In this document: piece by piece, positions 26,318 to 40,267 of the stretch | How the letters are laid out: every line of letters begins with the position of its first letter | How positions within the stretch are numbered: the stretch's first letter is position 1 | Origin: Octopus sinensis | Lineage: Eukaryota | Assembly: GCF_006345805.1 (NCBI RefSeq) | Contig: NC_043014.1 | Coordinates: forward strand, 33,728,001 to 33,792,000 | Reading direction: 5' to 3' | DNA length: 64,000 nt | Program-made: the position numbers and the translations under genes | The notes under the pieces: model-generated | Told to the model about the DNA's origin: nothing | The model's input: only the letters and a program-made list of their open reading frames with translations | The model's database searches: none

Positions 26318-26441
26318 AGGAAGAAAGTCCAAAGAAGAAGGAAAGGAGGAAAGAACTGCTGCATGGTTTTAAAAAATGTGCTTTTCGAAGGTAGAAGAGT
26401 GTATAACCGACCTGTACGGACATACTCTGTGTGTGTATATT

Positions 26442-26489
<48 letters not shown>

Positions 26490-27727
26490 TGTAAGCGTAG
26501 GCAAGGGCTAATTAATCATATTTTCATTTCAACTAAAAGTTTTTTATTTAGGTTTTTACAGTTTCATTAATTTAACTGTTCCTTTTCGTTAAGTTCTTTT
26601 ATTTTCTTATTCCTTCATACAGGTAACAAAATGGAAGAAGAATGTTTGGACTAATTTGGCTTCGATCAATCTACCGATCTACACATTACCTGTTATCGAT
26701 AATTAAATGTCAACTTTTACCAAATAAACACCGGGTAACCAAATTAACCCGGAGTGGAACTACACCAGTTTCCTACAAGTACTACGACAGCCATTACAAG
26801 TTTAACTATTACTACCACTACTACAGAACATTATTATAATCACCATCACTCTGCCACAGAGTGCTACTGCACCACCAGTACCATAACTGGTATTAAACCT
26901 ACAACCACCACGAACTAATACCATGCATCACCCATTCACCAACTACCCTAAGACCAACCAACCTCAAAACTACCACTAAAACCATCGACCGGCTAGTCCC
27001 TTCCTTCATTAAACAATAATCACTGTTATCATTCACCAACCATTAACCACCACAATTATTCATTAATCATCAAGTAAACACTAAGCATTTACTACCATCA
27101 CCACCAACAATAACAACAACCGCTATTTATTAGATATTGTCTTTTCTACGATAAGCACAAGGCCTAAAACTTTGGAGAAGGGTCTAGTCGATTACATCCA
27201 CCCCCAGTGCGTAACTGGTAATTATTTCGTCGACCCCGAATGAAAATGATGAAAAGCAAAGTTGGCTGAATTTGAACTCCGAACGTAAGCAGTTTGCCCG
27301 GTGTGCTAACGATTCTGCCAGCTCGCCGCACTTTTCCACTATATTTATTATCACCAACCAAAACCTACCAACCGACCACTACCACTACCGCAACCACTGC
27401 CACCACCACCACTACTACTACTAACAACAACAACAACAACGACCAGTCACTAAGCAACTAACCAATCAACCAAAAGCCGCTTTACCAAGGAACCAATCAT
27501 CATCACCGTTAAGCAAGACTCTTAGATATCACCATGTGGAAGAATAAGAATCACTGATACAAGTCTACAATATGTGATGGGCTGGCTAGTAAAATCCTCG
27601 TCACGCGCACATGCACACATATACTCATATATACATAAGCACATACATATATAAGTATATATAGAGAGATACATATAGGTGCACATTTATGTACATAACG
27701 TTATATTCTCATACACACAGACATACG

Positions 27728-27764
<37 letters not shown>

Positions 27765-28092
27765 TTATATAGGTAAAAGTGCACGCATGTGTACTCATAG
27801 ATTTGCGTATTCATACACCGATATATAAATGTCACATTTATATACATAAACATACACATACATAGATATATGTATGCATATATACATACAAATACATATG
27901 CATACATACATATACATATAAACACACACATAACGGGTGAATAAATAAACAGATAGGTAAATACATACATACACACACTCTCTCTCACACACACACACAC
28001 ACATATATATACATATATATACACAAATATACATACACACACACACACACACACATATATACACATATATATATACACACATACATATACAT

Positions 28093-28124
<32 letters not shown>

Positions 28125-28315
28125 TTATATATACACACACATACATATACATATATACATACATACATACAACAACACACACATACACACACATGTATGC
28201 TCACACACGCGTAGAGGGGTGAAAGAGAGACAGAAGTAAAAAGAAAGAGAAGGGGGTACCAAATAGTAGCTCTCTGATTCAACACCCCCACCATCGCTAA
28301 CACCCACTGACACAC

Positions 28316-28385
<70 letters not shown>

Positions 28386-28426
28386 CCTTCCCGTGAACTT
28401 TTTCCAAGTTGGCCTTCAGTAATGCG

Positions 28427-28843
28427 ATGCTCTCAAATGAGCTAAGAATGATGATGCAGATAGCCAGCCTCCACCGCCACGCTCCTCCTCCACCGCCACC
28501 ACCGCCGCCGCTACCACCACCACCACCACTACCACCGCAACTCGCACTACCACCACCACCGCCACCGCCGCCGCCGCCACCAGCAGTGGCATCGCCGTCA
28601 CCGGAGCCCCTCCTTCCGCCACCGCCACCACCTCCACCACTACCGCCACCGCGACCGCCGCCGCCACCACCCCCGTCGCTTCAGCATCTGTCCAACAGCA
28701 ACAAGAACAACAACAGTTGCGCCACAGCAATGAAAAGACCGTCGTTTCTGATCAAAGACATTCTGGGATCGAATCACCATCGCCGCTGTTTCCAATCAAA
28801 GAAAGACTTAAACAGAGCGAATTCATTATCCTCTTCATCCTCA

Positions 28844-28875
<32 letters not shown>

Positions 28876-29114
28876 ACCTTCATCATCGTCGCCGTCTTCA
28901 CTATCGTCATCATCATCATCATCGTTATCGTCATGTTTGTCATCATCATTATCATCGTCATCACCCTTGTTATCGCTGTCGTCGTCGTCGTCGTCGTGTG
29001 CTTCGTCATTGCTAGCCGACTGTACGTTGACTTTAACTCCGCCCTATCAACTTTACCCCGCCTTCCAGGCTTGTTTTGCCACGCCCCATGGAGCCTCGTT
29101 CTGCATACCAAGAC
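28427..29114 (+). CDS. Coding exon (probably first) of an eh1/FIL-motif transcription factor, likely an NK/Bar-class homeobox gene; continues beyond a phase-1 intron
   Basis: GC-rich 229-codon open frame from ATG 28427 with poly-Pro and poly-Ser tracts, KRPSFLIKDILG (FLIKDIL at 28745-28765, eh1 consensus FxIxxIL), a non-repetitive PYQLYPAF...FCIPR end and a perfect donor AC|GTAAGT at 29115. No homeobox was found in the window. Confidence 0.8.
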
Positions 29115-29242
29115 GTAAGTAAAATGTTAAAAAAAATTATTCATTCAACATTCTTGCTTTTCTCTTTCTTTCTTTATGATTTATTTTTCTGTTTTTGCTG
29201 TTTTTTATTCATATTTATATTTTCACGCTTTGTACATTCAAA

Positions 29243-29661
29243 GGATCTTTTCGGTTTGAACGGCACTTTGTAACATAATTTCTAGGTAACTAAAAAGTTT
29301 TAAACTTCGTATACTGGTAGAATGTGTTAATAAAACATCTTTTTCTCTTGGCTTTATTGAGAAAATTCGATAGGTTGTAAGATATTTCTGCAATTTCAAC
29401 CAATCAATTACGTCCATTGAGGTAAAAAAAAACATTCTGTGCCGTATGAATATGTCCCTCGTTTAAGAAACAGATTGGGTTTATTTACATTTGTGAAGAA
29501 AAAAAGATACCCGTTCCACCACCCCTAACCCTAACTAACCCTAACTAAATCTAAGCCTAAAACAGATTGAAATGCAATAGATCGATACTAGGGTCATAAT
29601 TATGGGTGACAATTTCATATGACACCGCTAGAAAAAACTGCCGTTCAAACCGAAAAGATCC
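29243..29661. mobile_element. 419-bp MITE with 23-bp perfect TIRs and an 8-bp TSD (Merlin-like termini)
   Basis: ggatcttttcggtttgaacggca (29243-29265) and tgccgttcaaaccgaaaagatcc (29639-29661); TSD cattcaaa at 29235-29242 and 29662-29669. Confidence 0.9.
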
Positions 29662-29732
29662 CATTCAAATTTTGCTTCATCAATTATTCTTCATTATTTT
29701 GCATCAATTCCTTTATTCAATTTTAATAATCG

Positions 29733-30130
29733 CAGGTGTAGATGTGTGGTAAGAACTCTACTTCCATACCACCCGGCTCCGGGTTTATCCCACTGCGTGG
29801 CACCTTCGACAAGTGTCATCTACTACAGCCCTTCCTACCAAAGCTTTATGAATAGATTTCCTTGATGGAAAGTGAAAGAACTCCGCACTGTATATGTCTA
29901 AATGTGTGCGTCTTAGCGCTTCTGCTTGTCCCCCACCTTAGCTTGACAACCGTTGTTGGTTTGTTTACGTCCCCGTAACTTAGCGGTTCTGCAAAAGAGA
30001 CCGACAATATAAATACCAGGGGTTTAAACATAAGTACTGGGAGCGATTTGTTCGACTAAACCCGCCAAGACGGTACTCCAGCAGGGTCACAATCAAATGA
30101 GTTATGCAAGTACAAGACGATAAAAGATCA
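29733..30130 (+). mobile_element. Diverged SINE family A copy
   Basis: Colinear similarity to 3460-3860; an oppositely oriented broken copy follows at about 30170-30850. Confidence 0.75.
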
Positions 30131-30557
30131 ATTTTCCTACTCAATTTTTTTTTTTTTTTGTGCAATCTTTTTCATGTTTCCAGTCATTGGATGCGACCAT
30201 GTTCAAGATTTGCCCTGAAATGTTTAGGCGATCACAAAGGTACCAGTATTCGTTTTTTAAAGCTCGGTGCTTATTCTACCGGGTTTACTGCCGAACCGCT
30301 AAATTACGGGGATGAAAACACACCAACATTGTCAAGGCGGTGGGACAAACACAGACACACAAACAACATAATATAATATATATATATATATATATATATA
30401 CGAGGACTGTTGTAGAAGCGAAGACACTTGCCCAAGGTGCCACGCAGTCAAATACATATATATGTATGTATGTATGTATGTGTATATATATATATATATA
30501 TAATATATATATATATTATATATATATATATTATATATATATATGTATATTTATATA

Positions 30558-30600
<43 letters not shown>

Positions 30601-30622
30601 TTATATATATATTATATATATA

Positions 30623-30653
<31 letters not shown>

Positions 30654-30654
30654 C

Positions 30655-30687
<33 letters not shown>

Positions 30688-31259
30688 CGTGTGCGTGTGT
30701 GTATTCGATGAGCCTCTCTCAGTTTCCGTCTACCATATCCACTCATACGCATTTGATCAAACAGAGGCTGCAGTAGATGACACTTGCCCAACGGCTGCAA
30801 CGTAGTGGAATGAACCCGGAACTAATGTGATTGAGAACCAAACTTCTCAAAATAATTGTGCATAAAATTTTCCGACACTACTCTTTCTATACTATTAGAC
30901 TTTCTACATAAGATTTTCTAACATCAATTTTATTTACTTATCTCCAAATTTAGTGGTTTTTGCATTAATAAATTCATTGAATAACCGTTCATAATGATCT
31001 ACGATTTCGTATACATTACCTACAAATTTCTATTTAAATTCCTGTACATCAATTATCAACATTAAAGTTTTCTATATTACATTTGTCGATATCAGCATTT
31101 CTCTACCCTATTTTTTCGAGAATAGATTGTGGACACTGAGTGGGTCGAAAAGGTTTTAGACAAATTAGCATATTTGATAAAATTAGGATAATTTAATAAA
31201 TTGTCAGTTACTCGAAAATCTCCGAAAAAACCAAAACAACGGCGTACATATTTATTTTT

Positions 31260-32004
31260 AATGAGTTCTGGCAGATTCGAACGTGAAAAAAAAAACGGCA
31301 CTCCGTTGGTTACGACGAATTATCCACAGGATCGTATTATGGTTAGAATGTCACTGAAGGATATGTCTAAGAGTGTTGTTGAGATATCAAGTGAGTTTAG
31401 CTCCACTTCCGATGTCAACGTATCGCACAAAACAGTTTCTCGGAGTTTACGAGGATCTAGGTTGCTCGCTCGAACACCGGCATAGAAACCTCTGATCTCC
31501 AAGAAGAATCCAAGAGCCCAGCTTTGTTTCGCTCACGAACAGAAGAACAGTGGTTGCAGGCTCATTTTAGCGATGAATCGAAGTTGAATGTGATTGGTTC
31601 CGATGGCGGGATGTACATCCGACGAAGAAGTGGCGAAAGGTTTTCTCGTGCATGTGTGGATAAGACAATGAAATATGGAGGAGGCAGTGTAATGGTATGG
31701 GGAGTTATCTCCGCTGCTGGTCCTGGTCCACTTATTCGACAAGCAGATTCTTAGACAGCTTGCCCTTCAACAACTCAGATCCTCGCCAGTTCAACCTCCT
31801 ATCTTTGTGCAGGACAACGCTCCCTGTTACACTGCGAAGAGTTAAAGATTTTTGAGTGATGAAGTGGTTGATCTCATGGACTGGCCACCTCAAAGTCCCA
31901 ATCTCAACCCTATAGAAAACGTTTGGAAGATCATTGGAGATGGGGCGCAAAGGAAAAATCCAAAGAACCAAGATGAGCTCTGGGAATTGTTGAAAAACGA
32001 ATAG
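31260..32004 (+). pseudogene. Tc1-family transposase remnant
   Basis: FSDESKLN...KYGGGSVMVWG, QDNAPCYTAK and DWPPQSPNLNPIENVW motifs, with stops, frameshifts and a deletion. Confidence 0.9.
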
Positions 32005-32281
32005 AACATTTCGTCCGGCGTGCTAACGTTTCTGCCAGCCTTCTACCTATTTCTTTACTACCCACAAGGGGCTAAACACAGAAGGGACAAACAAGGACAG
32101 ACAAACGGATTAAGTCGATTATATCGACCCCAGTGCGTAACTGGTACTTATTTAATCGACCCCGAAAGGATGAAAGGCAAAGTCGACCTCGGCGGAATTT
32201 GAACTCAGAACCATAGCAGCAGACGAAATACCGCTCAGCATTTCGCCCGGTGTGCTAACGATTCTGCCAGCTCGCCGCCTT
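32005..32281 (-). mobile_element. SINE family B
   Basis: Near-identical to 7780-8010. Confidence 0.85.
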
Positions 32282-32665
32282 TTCTACGTTAAATTTCTTA
32301 AGATCAGTATTTTCGGATTTAATTATACGATATTAAATTTTTGTTGTAATATCTCTTTCAACGGTAATATCTTGACCATGTTGTCACCTTGCAAATAAGT
32401 AGTTCTATTTTGATGTTAAGTCTATCTTGGGCGCATGCATGGCTATGTGGTTATGAAGTTCGGTTCGCAACCTCACGGTTCTGGGTTCCGTCCCACTGCA
32501 TGACGCTTTTTGCAACTACCTTCTACTGTAGCCCCGGGCCAACTTCTGTCTTCTGAGTTAATTTAGTTGATGGAAATTATGTGGACATCTGTCATGTGTT
32601 GTATATGTATATGTGTGTTTGTGCATGTATGTATGTATGAAAATTGTTTACATATACAGATATGT

Positions 32666-32702
<37 letters not shown>

Positions 32703-32782
32703 ATACATATAATTATTTGGATAAAAATGTGTGTATATGTGTGTGTGGGTGTATGTGTGTGTGTGTGTGTATGTGTGTGTTT

Positions 32783-33075
32783 GTGGAGGCGCAATGGCCC
32801 AGTGGTTAGGGCAGCGGATTCGCGGTCGTAGGATAGCGGTTTCGATTCCCAGAACGTGCGTTGCGAGTGTTTATTGAGCGAAAACACCCAAAGCTCCACG
32901 ACGCTCCAGTTTCTGTTGTACCTGTATTTCAAAGGTCCAGCCTTGTCAGACTCTGTGCCACGCTGAATCTGCCCGAGAACTACGTTACGGGTACACGTGT
33001 CTGTGGAGTGCTCAACCAATTGCATTTTAATTTCACGAGCAGGCTTGAACCTTTGTCGTCGTAACCGACGGAGTA
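32783..33075 (+). mobile_element. SINE family C head with an alternative 3' part
   Basis: ggaggcgcaatggcccagtggttagggcagcggattcgcggtc...ggtttcgattccc tRNA-like head. Confidence 0.75.
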
Positions 33076-35499
33076 CAAGGATATATATATATATATAATT
33101 AATATATATATGCATATATACATACATATATGTACATACCTACATGTATATGTATATATACATGCATATATGGGTACAGGACGTCAAAAAAACGTGAACA
33201 AAATGAAAAACGAGAACATAAAAAAACAACAAAAACAAGGGAAACAAACTTTTTTTGGACAACGAAAGAAACAAATAGAAAAACGAGACAGGCAACATAA
33301 AGAACAATCGCTACATCAGTTGTCCCCTGTCATATCTACTCTGCGTTTCGAAGATAAAGACAAGACTCGACTTCGTTAAAACAATCCTTCCGGCAAAGCA
33401 AATTAAATAAAATTTGGGATTTTTGCGGAGAGTTAAAGTGGTAACAAAAACAAGCAACAAGGAACCACTTTTTAAACCGAACTATACAAGGACTTCGGTT
33501 TTTGCCGGCGTTTGAAAAGTTTAGGCTCGTGTTTACTATAATATGTGAACATCTAAAGAATTCCACATATGGAGGAATTAGCCCTTCAAATTTAACGACA
33601 TTAGCAACATTCTGTCCAGGTGCAACTAAGTCTTCCTTTTAATTTTTCCTAACTTCTCCCATCAGACTTCTCCGATTCCACAAACAAGAGTGTATTATTT
33701 AAATTCAAATTCCAACTTCAACTGGAACATCTTTAAATTTCCACCTCTTACCTTGTATTTTTCCATGTTCAATTAATTAAAAATAGTAATATCAGTGCGC
33801 CTGCATTTTCCTGCTAATCCACTCTTTTTACAGCCAGCGTTTTTCACAGACGGAAAATATTATCATTGAGACAAAACTCAAAAATGCTAAAGCTACAAGA
33901 ATTATTTTTCAAAAACATTAAACTACAGTAAAAAAAAAAAATCACTTTTATAATGAGTTAAAAATAAATTGCAAACGAGGAAGCCCCCAACATTTTTGTT
34001 TATTTTTCGAAATGAGTTGTCAATTTGCAATTACTTATACAGGTATCTTATTTTCTATGATGCTATTTTCACAAGTTAACTAAATAATGCTGTTGAGAAA
34101 TAATCTTGTCGAAAAATCTATAATAATAATTTCAAGTTTTGGAACAAGGTCAGCGATTTCGGGAAGAGGAAAGTTGATTATATGGACCACAATGCTCAAA
34201 TGGTACTTATCGGCCACGAAAGGGTGAAAGACAAAGTTGAACTCGACGGAATTTTAACTCGGAACGTAATGACAACAAGCATTTTGCCCGGTGTACTAAT
34301 GATTCTGCCACCTCGCCGCCTTTGAGAAATCTATAATAATGACGTTTAATAACCTTTTCTAAGCGTTTACGTAGGATAGCCAAAATTATTTTTGCAATTT
34401 CTGGACTTGAATTTTTTTTTCAATTCTGCGTTTTTTTTTTTTATATATATATATTTTCAATTCTCCACTTTTTTTTTAAATTTTCAATTACGTCCCTAAC
34501 ATGAAAGATCTTTAAAAATATGCCTTATGTAGTTAAACTCGCTCCTAAAACTACAATTTTTTTGGCACCTAAAAGTTACACTAAAATCCGCTACCTGCAT
34601 ATAATTTATTAAATACATATATTTTCAAAATATTGGAAAACAGGAATTTTTTTAATCCCATCCAACACTACCTTCAAAATACCGATACTATACAGGGTCT
34701 AGATGGAACCAAATTGAAACTTGTAGTGATCCAAAACAAGTCAAAATTTGGGACCAGGACAACGCTGCCTCACTTCTCTGCGCTTTTTACTTGAGTTTAT
34801 TAACTAAACATTTAATGCCACTAAGCTTATTTGAGATCACATACGAATTTGCACAATAAATATTCTTCTGCTTCAAAGTTTTCTATTAGGTTTGCAAAAA
34901 TAGATTCTTTTCATTGAAACCTTCCACATAAACATTACTACGCTGTTTTTTTTTGCGGGGGTGGGGGTCTTAATTTATTGAAGTTATTCCGGTTTAAAAA
35001 CTAATTTGGGCCTTAGTTAAATTTGCCCACATTCTATCCCATAAGATTTTTCTACTGCACCAATTTTGAGGAGGCTTACAAAATTCGATTTCTCTCCCTG
35101 AGTTCTTTTATTTATGTGTCTGCAAGTGCGAGCCCCATGAGTCAGAGTGACTGTTCCAACGTATCTCCCTCGCCATCTTCCGAAGCAATTTCTTTTCTAT
35201 TTTGACTGCTGGGACAATGAGACAATGTAAACTCATTCTATATATGTATGACGACGTTAATCGCGCAATAATAGAAGGAAATGGGTTTTGAAGTTTCATT
35301 ACATATAATGAAAACTGATATACGTACACCCACATACGCGCGCGCACACAAATGTACAACCATGATTAAACCTTTGTCTACCCAAAGCATTTTCGTAAGT
35401 TTGTACTAAACGTCTGTACTTGTTTACAGACTTTTAGTTAGATCTTGTTTCATATGTTCAAAGTAATATCCCAAGTATAACAATAAATGATAGACGTCG

Positions 35500-35780
35500 C
35501 CCTTTTCAAGCCCGGTTCCCCGATTTCTGTGGTGTAAGTGTTCCCCCCAGCTGGACGGGACGCCAGTCCATCGCAGCGTTACTCAAGAAACAGGAAGAGA
35601 GAGTGAGAGAAAGTTGTGGCGAATGAGTACAACAGGGGTCACCACTACCCCCTGCCAGAGCCTCGTAGAGCTTTTAGGTGTTTTTGCTTAATAAACACAC
35701 ACAACGCCCGGTTTGGGAATCGAAACCGCGATCCTCCGACCGCGAGTCCGCTGCCCTAACCACTGGGCCATTGCGCTTCC
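35500..35780 (-). mobile_element. SINE family C
   Basis: Homologous to 9615-9913. Confidence 0.8.
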
Positions 35781-36645
35781 ATCCCAAGTATCAGTGGTGG
35801 TTTTAAAAAAATTGTCCAGATTGTATAATGCAGCCATTTTTTCTTGCAAAGACAAAACAAACAGGATAGCCACGTTTGAAAAGCTTTTGGTCATATGTCT
35901 ATTCGATCGTGACTGACCTGGAGCCGAATACCAACAACAATCTTATACTCACAGTACAAGTCATATATGCACATACGCATTCAAAGACAGACATATGCAT
36001 ACAGTTACTCAACACCACATGCATATATGCATTCATATGCACGCACAACACAGATACATACATTCATATACATACGCACTCGCATATACACTCCTTATAA
36101 CAAACATATACGCACTCGAATATAGACGCGCAAATAATAGCTGAGTTATGAACCATTCGTCCAGGCATGAATGCAGACCGAGCTCGGATCTGTTGTGACT
36201 TCTTGCTGTTGAACTCTGAGCTAACACGAATCCATTATATCTATGATCAAAGCTGTTCTAACGGTGACTATACTGTCTTTTTTTTGCATATCGGGAACTT
36301 CATTGTTCGATGTATACTTCTGTATTTAAGGTATGTTTTTTAGGGAAGCTTGGCTGATATTTCTTAACCATGTTCAATGAACTTGTAGAAGATCCTTCGA
36401 TGGCTGGAAGACTTACGTATTGTTATATGTAACTAATTTGTTTACGTTGTACAAATAAATATTACATTGTATAAATCAAGCGGCTCAGTCAGTCAACGTC
36501 TTTGATTTCTATCATACGAGTATCTCATCAAATACGGACTCGTTCTTATTGGGTCTTGCAAACACTCCCAGAGACCCCATATTCTCCATAATGGTTTAGT
36601 CACAAATTGATTTGACTTGCTTTTCAGAAGTAGCTCTGAAAACAT

Positions 36646-37072
36646 ACTCTTTTACTCTTTTACTTGTTTCAGTCATTTGACTGCGGCCATGCTGGAGCAC
36701 CGCCTTTAATCGAGCAACTCGACCCCAGGACTTATTCCTTTTGTAAGCCCAGTACTTATTTTATCGGTCTCTTTTACCGAACTGCTAAGTAACGGGGACA
36801 TAAACATACCAGCATCGGTTGTCAAGCAATGCTAGGGGGACAAACACAGACACACAAACATACACACACACACACACATATATATATATACATATATACA
36901 TATATACGACAGGCTTCTTTCAGTTTCCGTCTACCAAATCCACTCACAAGGCATTGGTCGGCCCGGGGCTATAGCAGAAGACACTTGCCCAAGTTGCCAC
37001 GCAGTGGGACTGAACCCGGAACCATGTGGTTGGTAAGCAAGCTACTTACCACACAGCCACTCCTGCGCCTAT
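36646..37072 (-). mobile_element. SINE family A (young, full length)
   Basis: Near-identical reverse complement of 3460-3860. Confidence 0.9.
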
Positions 37073-38893
37073 GAATATTTTGTAGTTAGAAGTTCAACCT
37101 TTTCTAGATTATTGTTTTGTACATCAGGATTGATATCTGGCTGGTAGATCCTTGAAAACATTTCCATCGATATATTCTCCAAGACTTTCTAACAATTGCT
37201 TAAAACAGAGTTTTTCTCACATCTTGAATTGACTATACACAGAAACATCGTCACATATATAAAAAGAATTCAGTTATTCCGCTACACCAAAACTTCGTTA
37301 ATGATCGCTTTCTTTATTTTCTGTGTGTTTTATACATATGATATTGAAACATGAAACTATTATGTGTTTCGTATGTAAATAGATGAATCCCGTATTCTGC
37401 ATATGATAATTGAATAAATGGATGTGTAACGTATTTTCTAATGTTTTAGTGATAGGTGCAACCGAACTGAGATTACTTAGAAAATAAAGTATACTTGTGC
37501 TTTCTTCACATGACCACAACGATTGAAGCGCTGGCCGTGTTCGACTTGAAAAGGGAGTCTCACTGGTTGTTCGTAATCCGGGCTCTCAGTGGATCAGCCA
37601 AATCACGTGATGATAAAATGACTTCTGCTATTCAGAATACAGCCAGATGTTGAAAAAAGCAGGGGACATAACTCTGCTGATGTTAACATCTGTTAATAGG
37701 GGAGTTAACTCGTTGATTCTCCTTGGAAATACCAGACAATCATTCAGTGTTCAGATTGGAGGATTCATACCTTGTAACTGACTCTATACTGTGTCTGCGA
37801 ATCGAAAGATTTAACTTTCAAAGGTGTATGTATGTGTGCGTGTGTGTGTGTGTGTACATGCGAACACATGCACAAACCGTGCATTGCAAAACATTCCCTC
37901 TCATCAGTTATCAATTAACGGTCACAATAATTTTGTATCCTCCGGCAGTATTATTTCTTGCTATCGAACCAACACCATCGATGCAACCAGGGTTTTTCGA
38001 ATTTTTCAACTCACATCATAGCCAGGTTTTCTCCCTCCTTTCAACCACGCAGTTACCTTTCCAATCCAGAGATCGTTGCTATCATTTAATGACTACTTTA
38101 TTTCAATGATTGCTGAAGATTTGTTCTTCGCTGCCTGCTTAGGTGGCATTCCCATGCTATTAACAAGAATCATTCTCAGTTACCCTCTGCAATTCAGCAA
38201 AATTTCTTGTTATCCTTTCTATATTAAATGCCAATTGGATAGAACAGATTGGGCCTAACTACAAATCCACACTTGTCTTTAAAAAAATTTCGCGCAGTAA
38301 GTTTGTATAACTTGAAACTCAGGAAATGTTTCGCCACTTCACTTTCCAAATATATGTAGTATTTAAAAGATTATAATATTGCTAGTTATACACCGATTAG
38401 TGTTTCGCAGAACACCTATCACCATCATTAACGGCCTTACAAGAAGAAGTATTTTGCAATGCTAAACAAAAATTCAGAATTGGTGAATTCTTGCAAACAT
38501 TTCCATCGATATTTTTCAAGAATTCTAAATAACATTTGCTTAAAATGGTTCATTTCTCAGATCTTGGATCGAGCTAACTCATAAATATCATCACGTATTT
38601 TTATAAAAGTATTCAATTATTCCCCCAACACTAAATTTCCATTAATAATAATTCGCTCTCTTTATTTTTGTGTGTTTTATACATATGATACTGAAACATC
38701 GAAATATCACGCAACCAATTAGATCTTAATGATTAATCATATTTCGATGTATTTGCAAATATTTTTGCTTATATATTATCACGCAGCCTTTTTCTTCAAT
38801 TGTTTGAATAATCAACGAGAAACTCTAGATAACAAAATCTAAGAAGCTTAGCTTTAAATAATAATAATAATAATAAAAATAATAATAATAACA

Positions 38894-38935
<42 letters not shown>

Positions 38936-39569
38936 TATTATTATTATTATTATTATTACACATACAACTTCGTTTATTACACATTTTTGTTGTTTCATAC
39001 ATTGTTATTTTAAAATCCAAGTTGCGTTTTATCCCCTTCCCAACACAATCCCCTTCTTTATAACTTCTCTCTTTCGTTCGGAATATCTTTTCTTATATTC
39101 TAACTCCACCACCACCACCACCACCATCACCATCATCATTATTGTTATGTTTCCTCTACCATCCCCACCAGCGCCTGCTCCACCTCTGTCTCTGATTATC
39201 TATTTCCTGCTACACCAAAGCACATGTGAGGAAAACGAAAAACATGAGAAATACCACACACTTTAAGTGATAAATGCATCTGGGCTGAGTTTTTTTCGTT
39301 TTATTTAGTTTGGATTTTGTGTAAAAAAGAAAAAAGATAAGTAGACTTCTTCATTTATTTTCAACATCTATAGCGACACACGCAACATATGACACCGCTA
39401 CAAATTCAGCAGCGGTGCTGAGGCAGAAACTGTCCCGCGGGGAATTTTTTCAATATAAGACGAAATCTTCCTTCAATAACACTAATTCCAATTTATCTCG
39501 AATTTTCTTCTCATCTTGGAGTCCAGGGTTTACTGTTTTGTTTCATTTTGTATTCACATATTGTTACTT

Positions 39570-39601
<32 letters not shown>

Positions 39602-40267
39602 CGAAGTGGCGGTGGCGGAGAGGGGGTGATGACATGATCTTACTGGAGTTTCTGTTTCTTAAACTTTCATTTCTCTTTTCCGCTTCATTATCAGTAAGTC
39701 CTTGTTCCTTTAAAAAAATACATGGGTTTGATGGAGGGTTTCGCAAGTCTATTGGTATACGAAAAGTGTTGTTGTGCGTAGATTGTTGTTGTTGTTGTTG
39801 TTGTTAAGCCTGCTAGCTGGCAGAATCGTTAGCACACCGGGCAAAATACGTAGTAGCATTTCCTCCGACGTTACGTTCTGAGTTCAAAATCCGCCGCGGT
39901 CGACTTTGCCTTTCATCTTTCCGGGGTCGATAAAATAAGTACCAGTTGAGCACTGGGATTGATAGAATCGACTTATCCCCCCCCCCGAACATGCTGGCCA
40001 CGTGCCAAAATTTGAAATCAACATTATTACTTTCTAAGCATGCGCCTCTAGAAGTGGAGACGGCACTTGTCCTTAACTTCAGGGCGATCGTGGTTTTTTG
40101 TGGGGTTTCCACGAGGAACCCTTGAAAGTCTCCTTTTTTGGAGATTTATTTGTTATAATTTTTATTGTTATTTATTTTTTACACTATTTAATCCCACTCT
40201 ATATGTATTGTACCGTCCCCAATCTTTTACATGAACCCTCAGGGTTAACAAAGAAAGGATTTGTATT

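Noticed and set aside
29523-29559. True telomere or interstitial fusion site
   Set aside because: Only a few degenerate CCCTAA units, internal to a MITE.
32783-32860. tRNA gene
   Set aside because: tRNA-like SINE head that continues into a repeat body; no proper acceptor stem.
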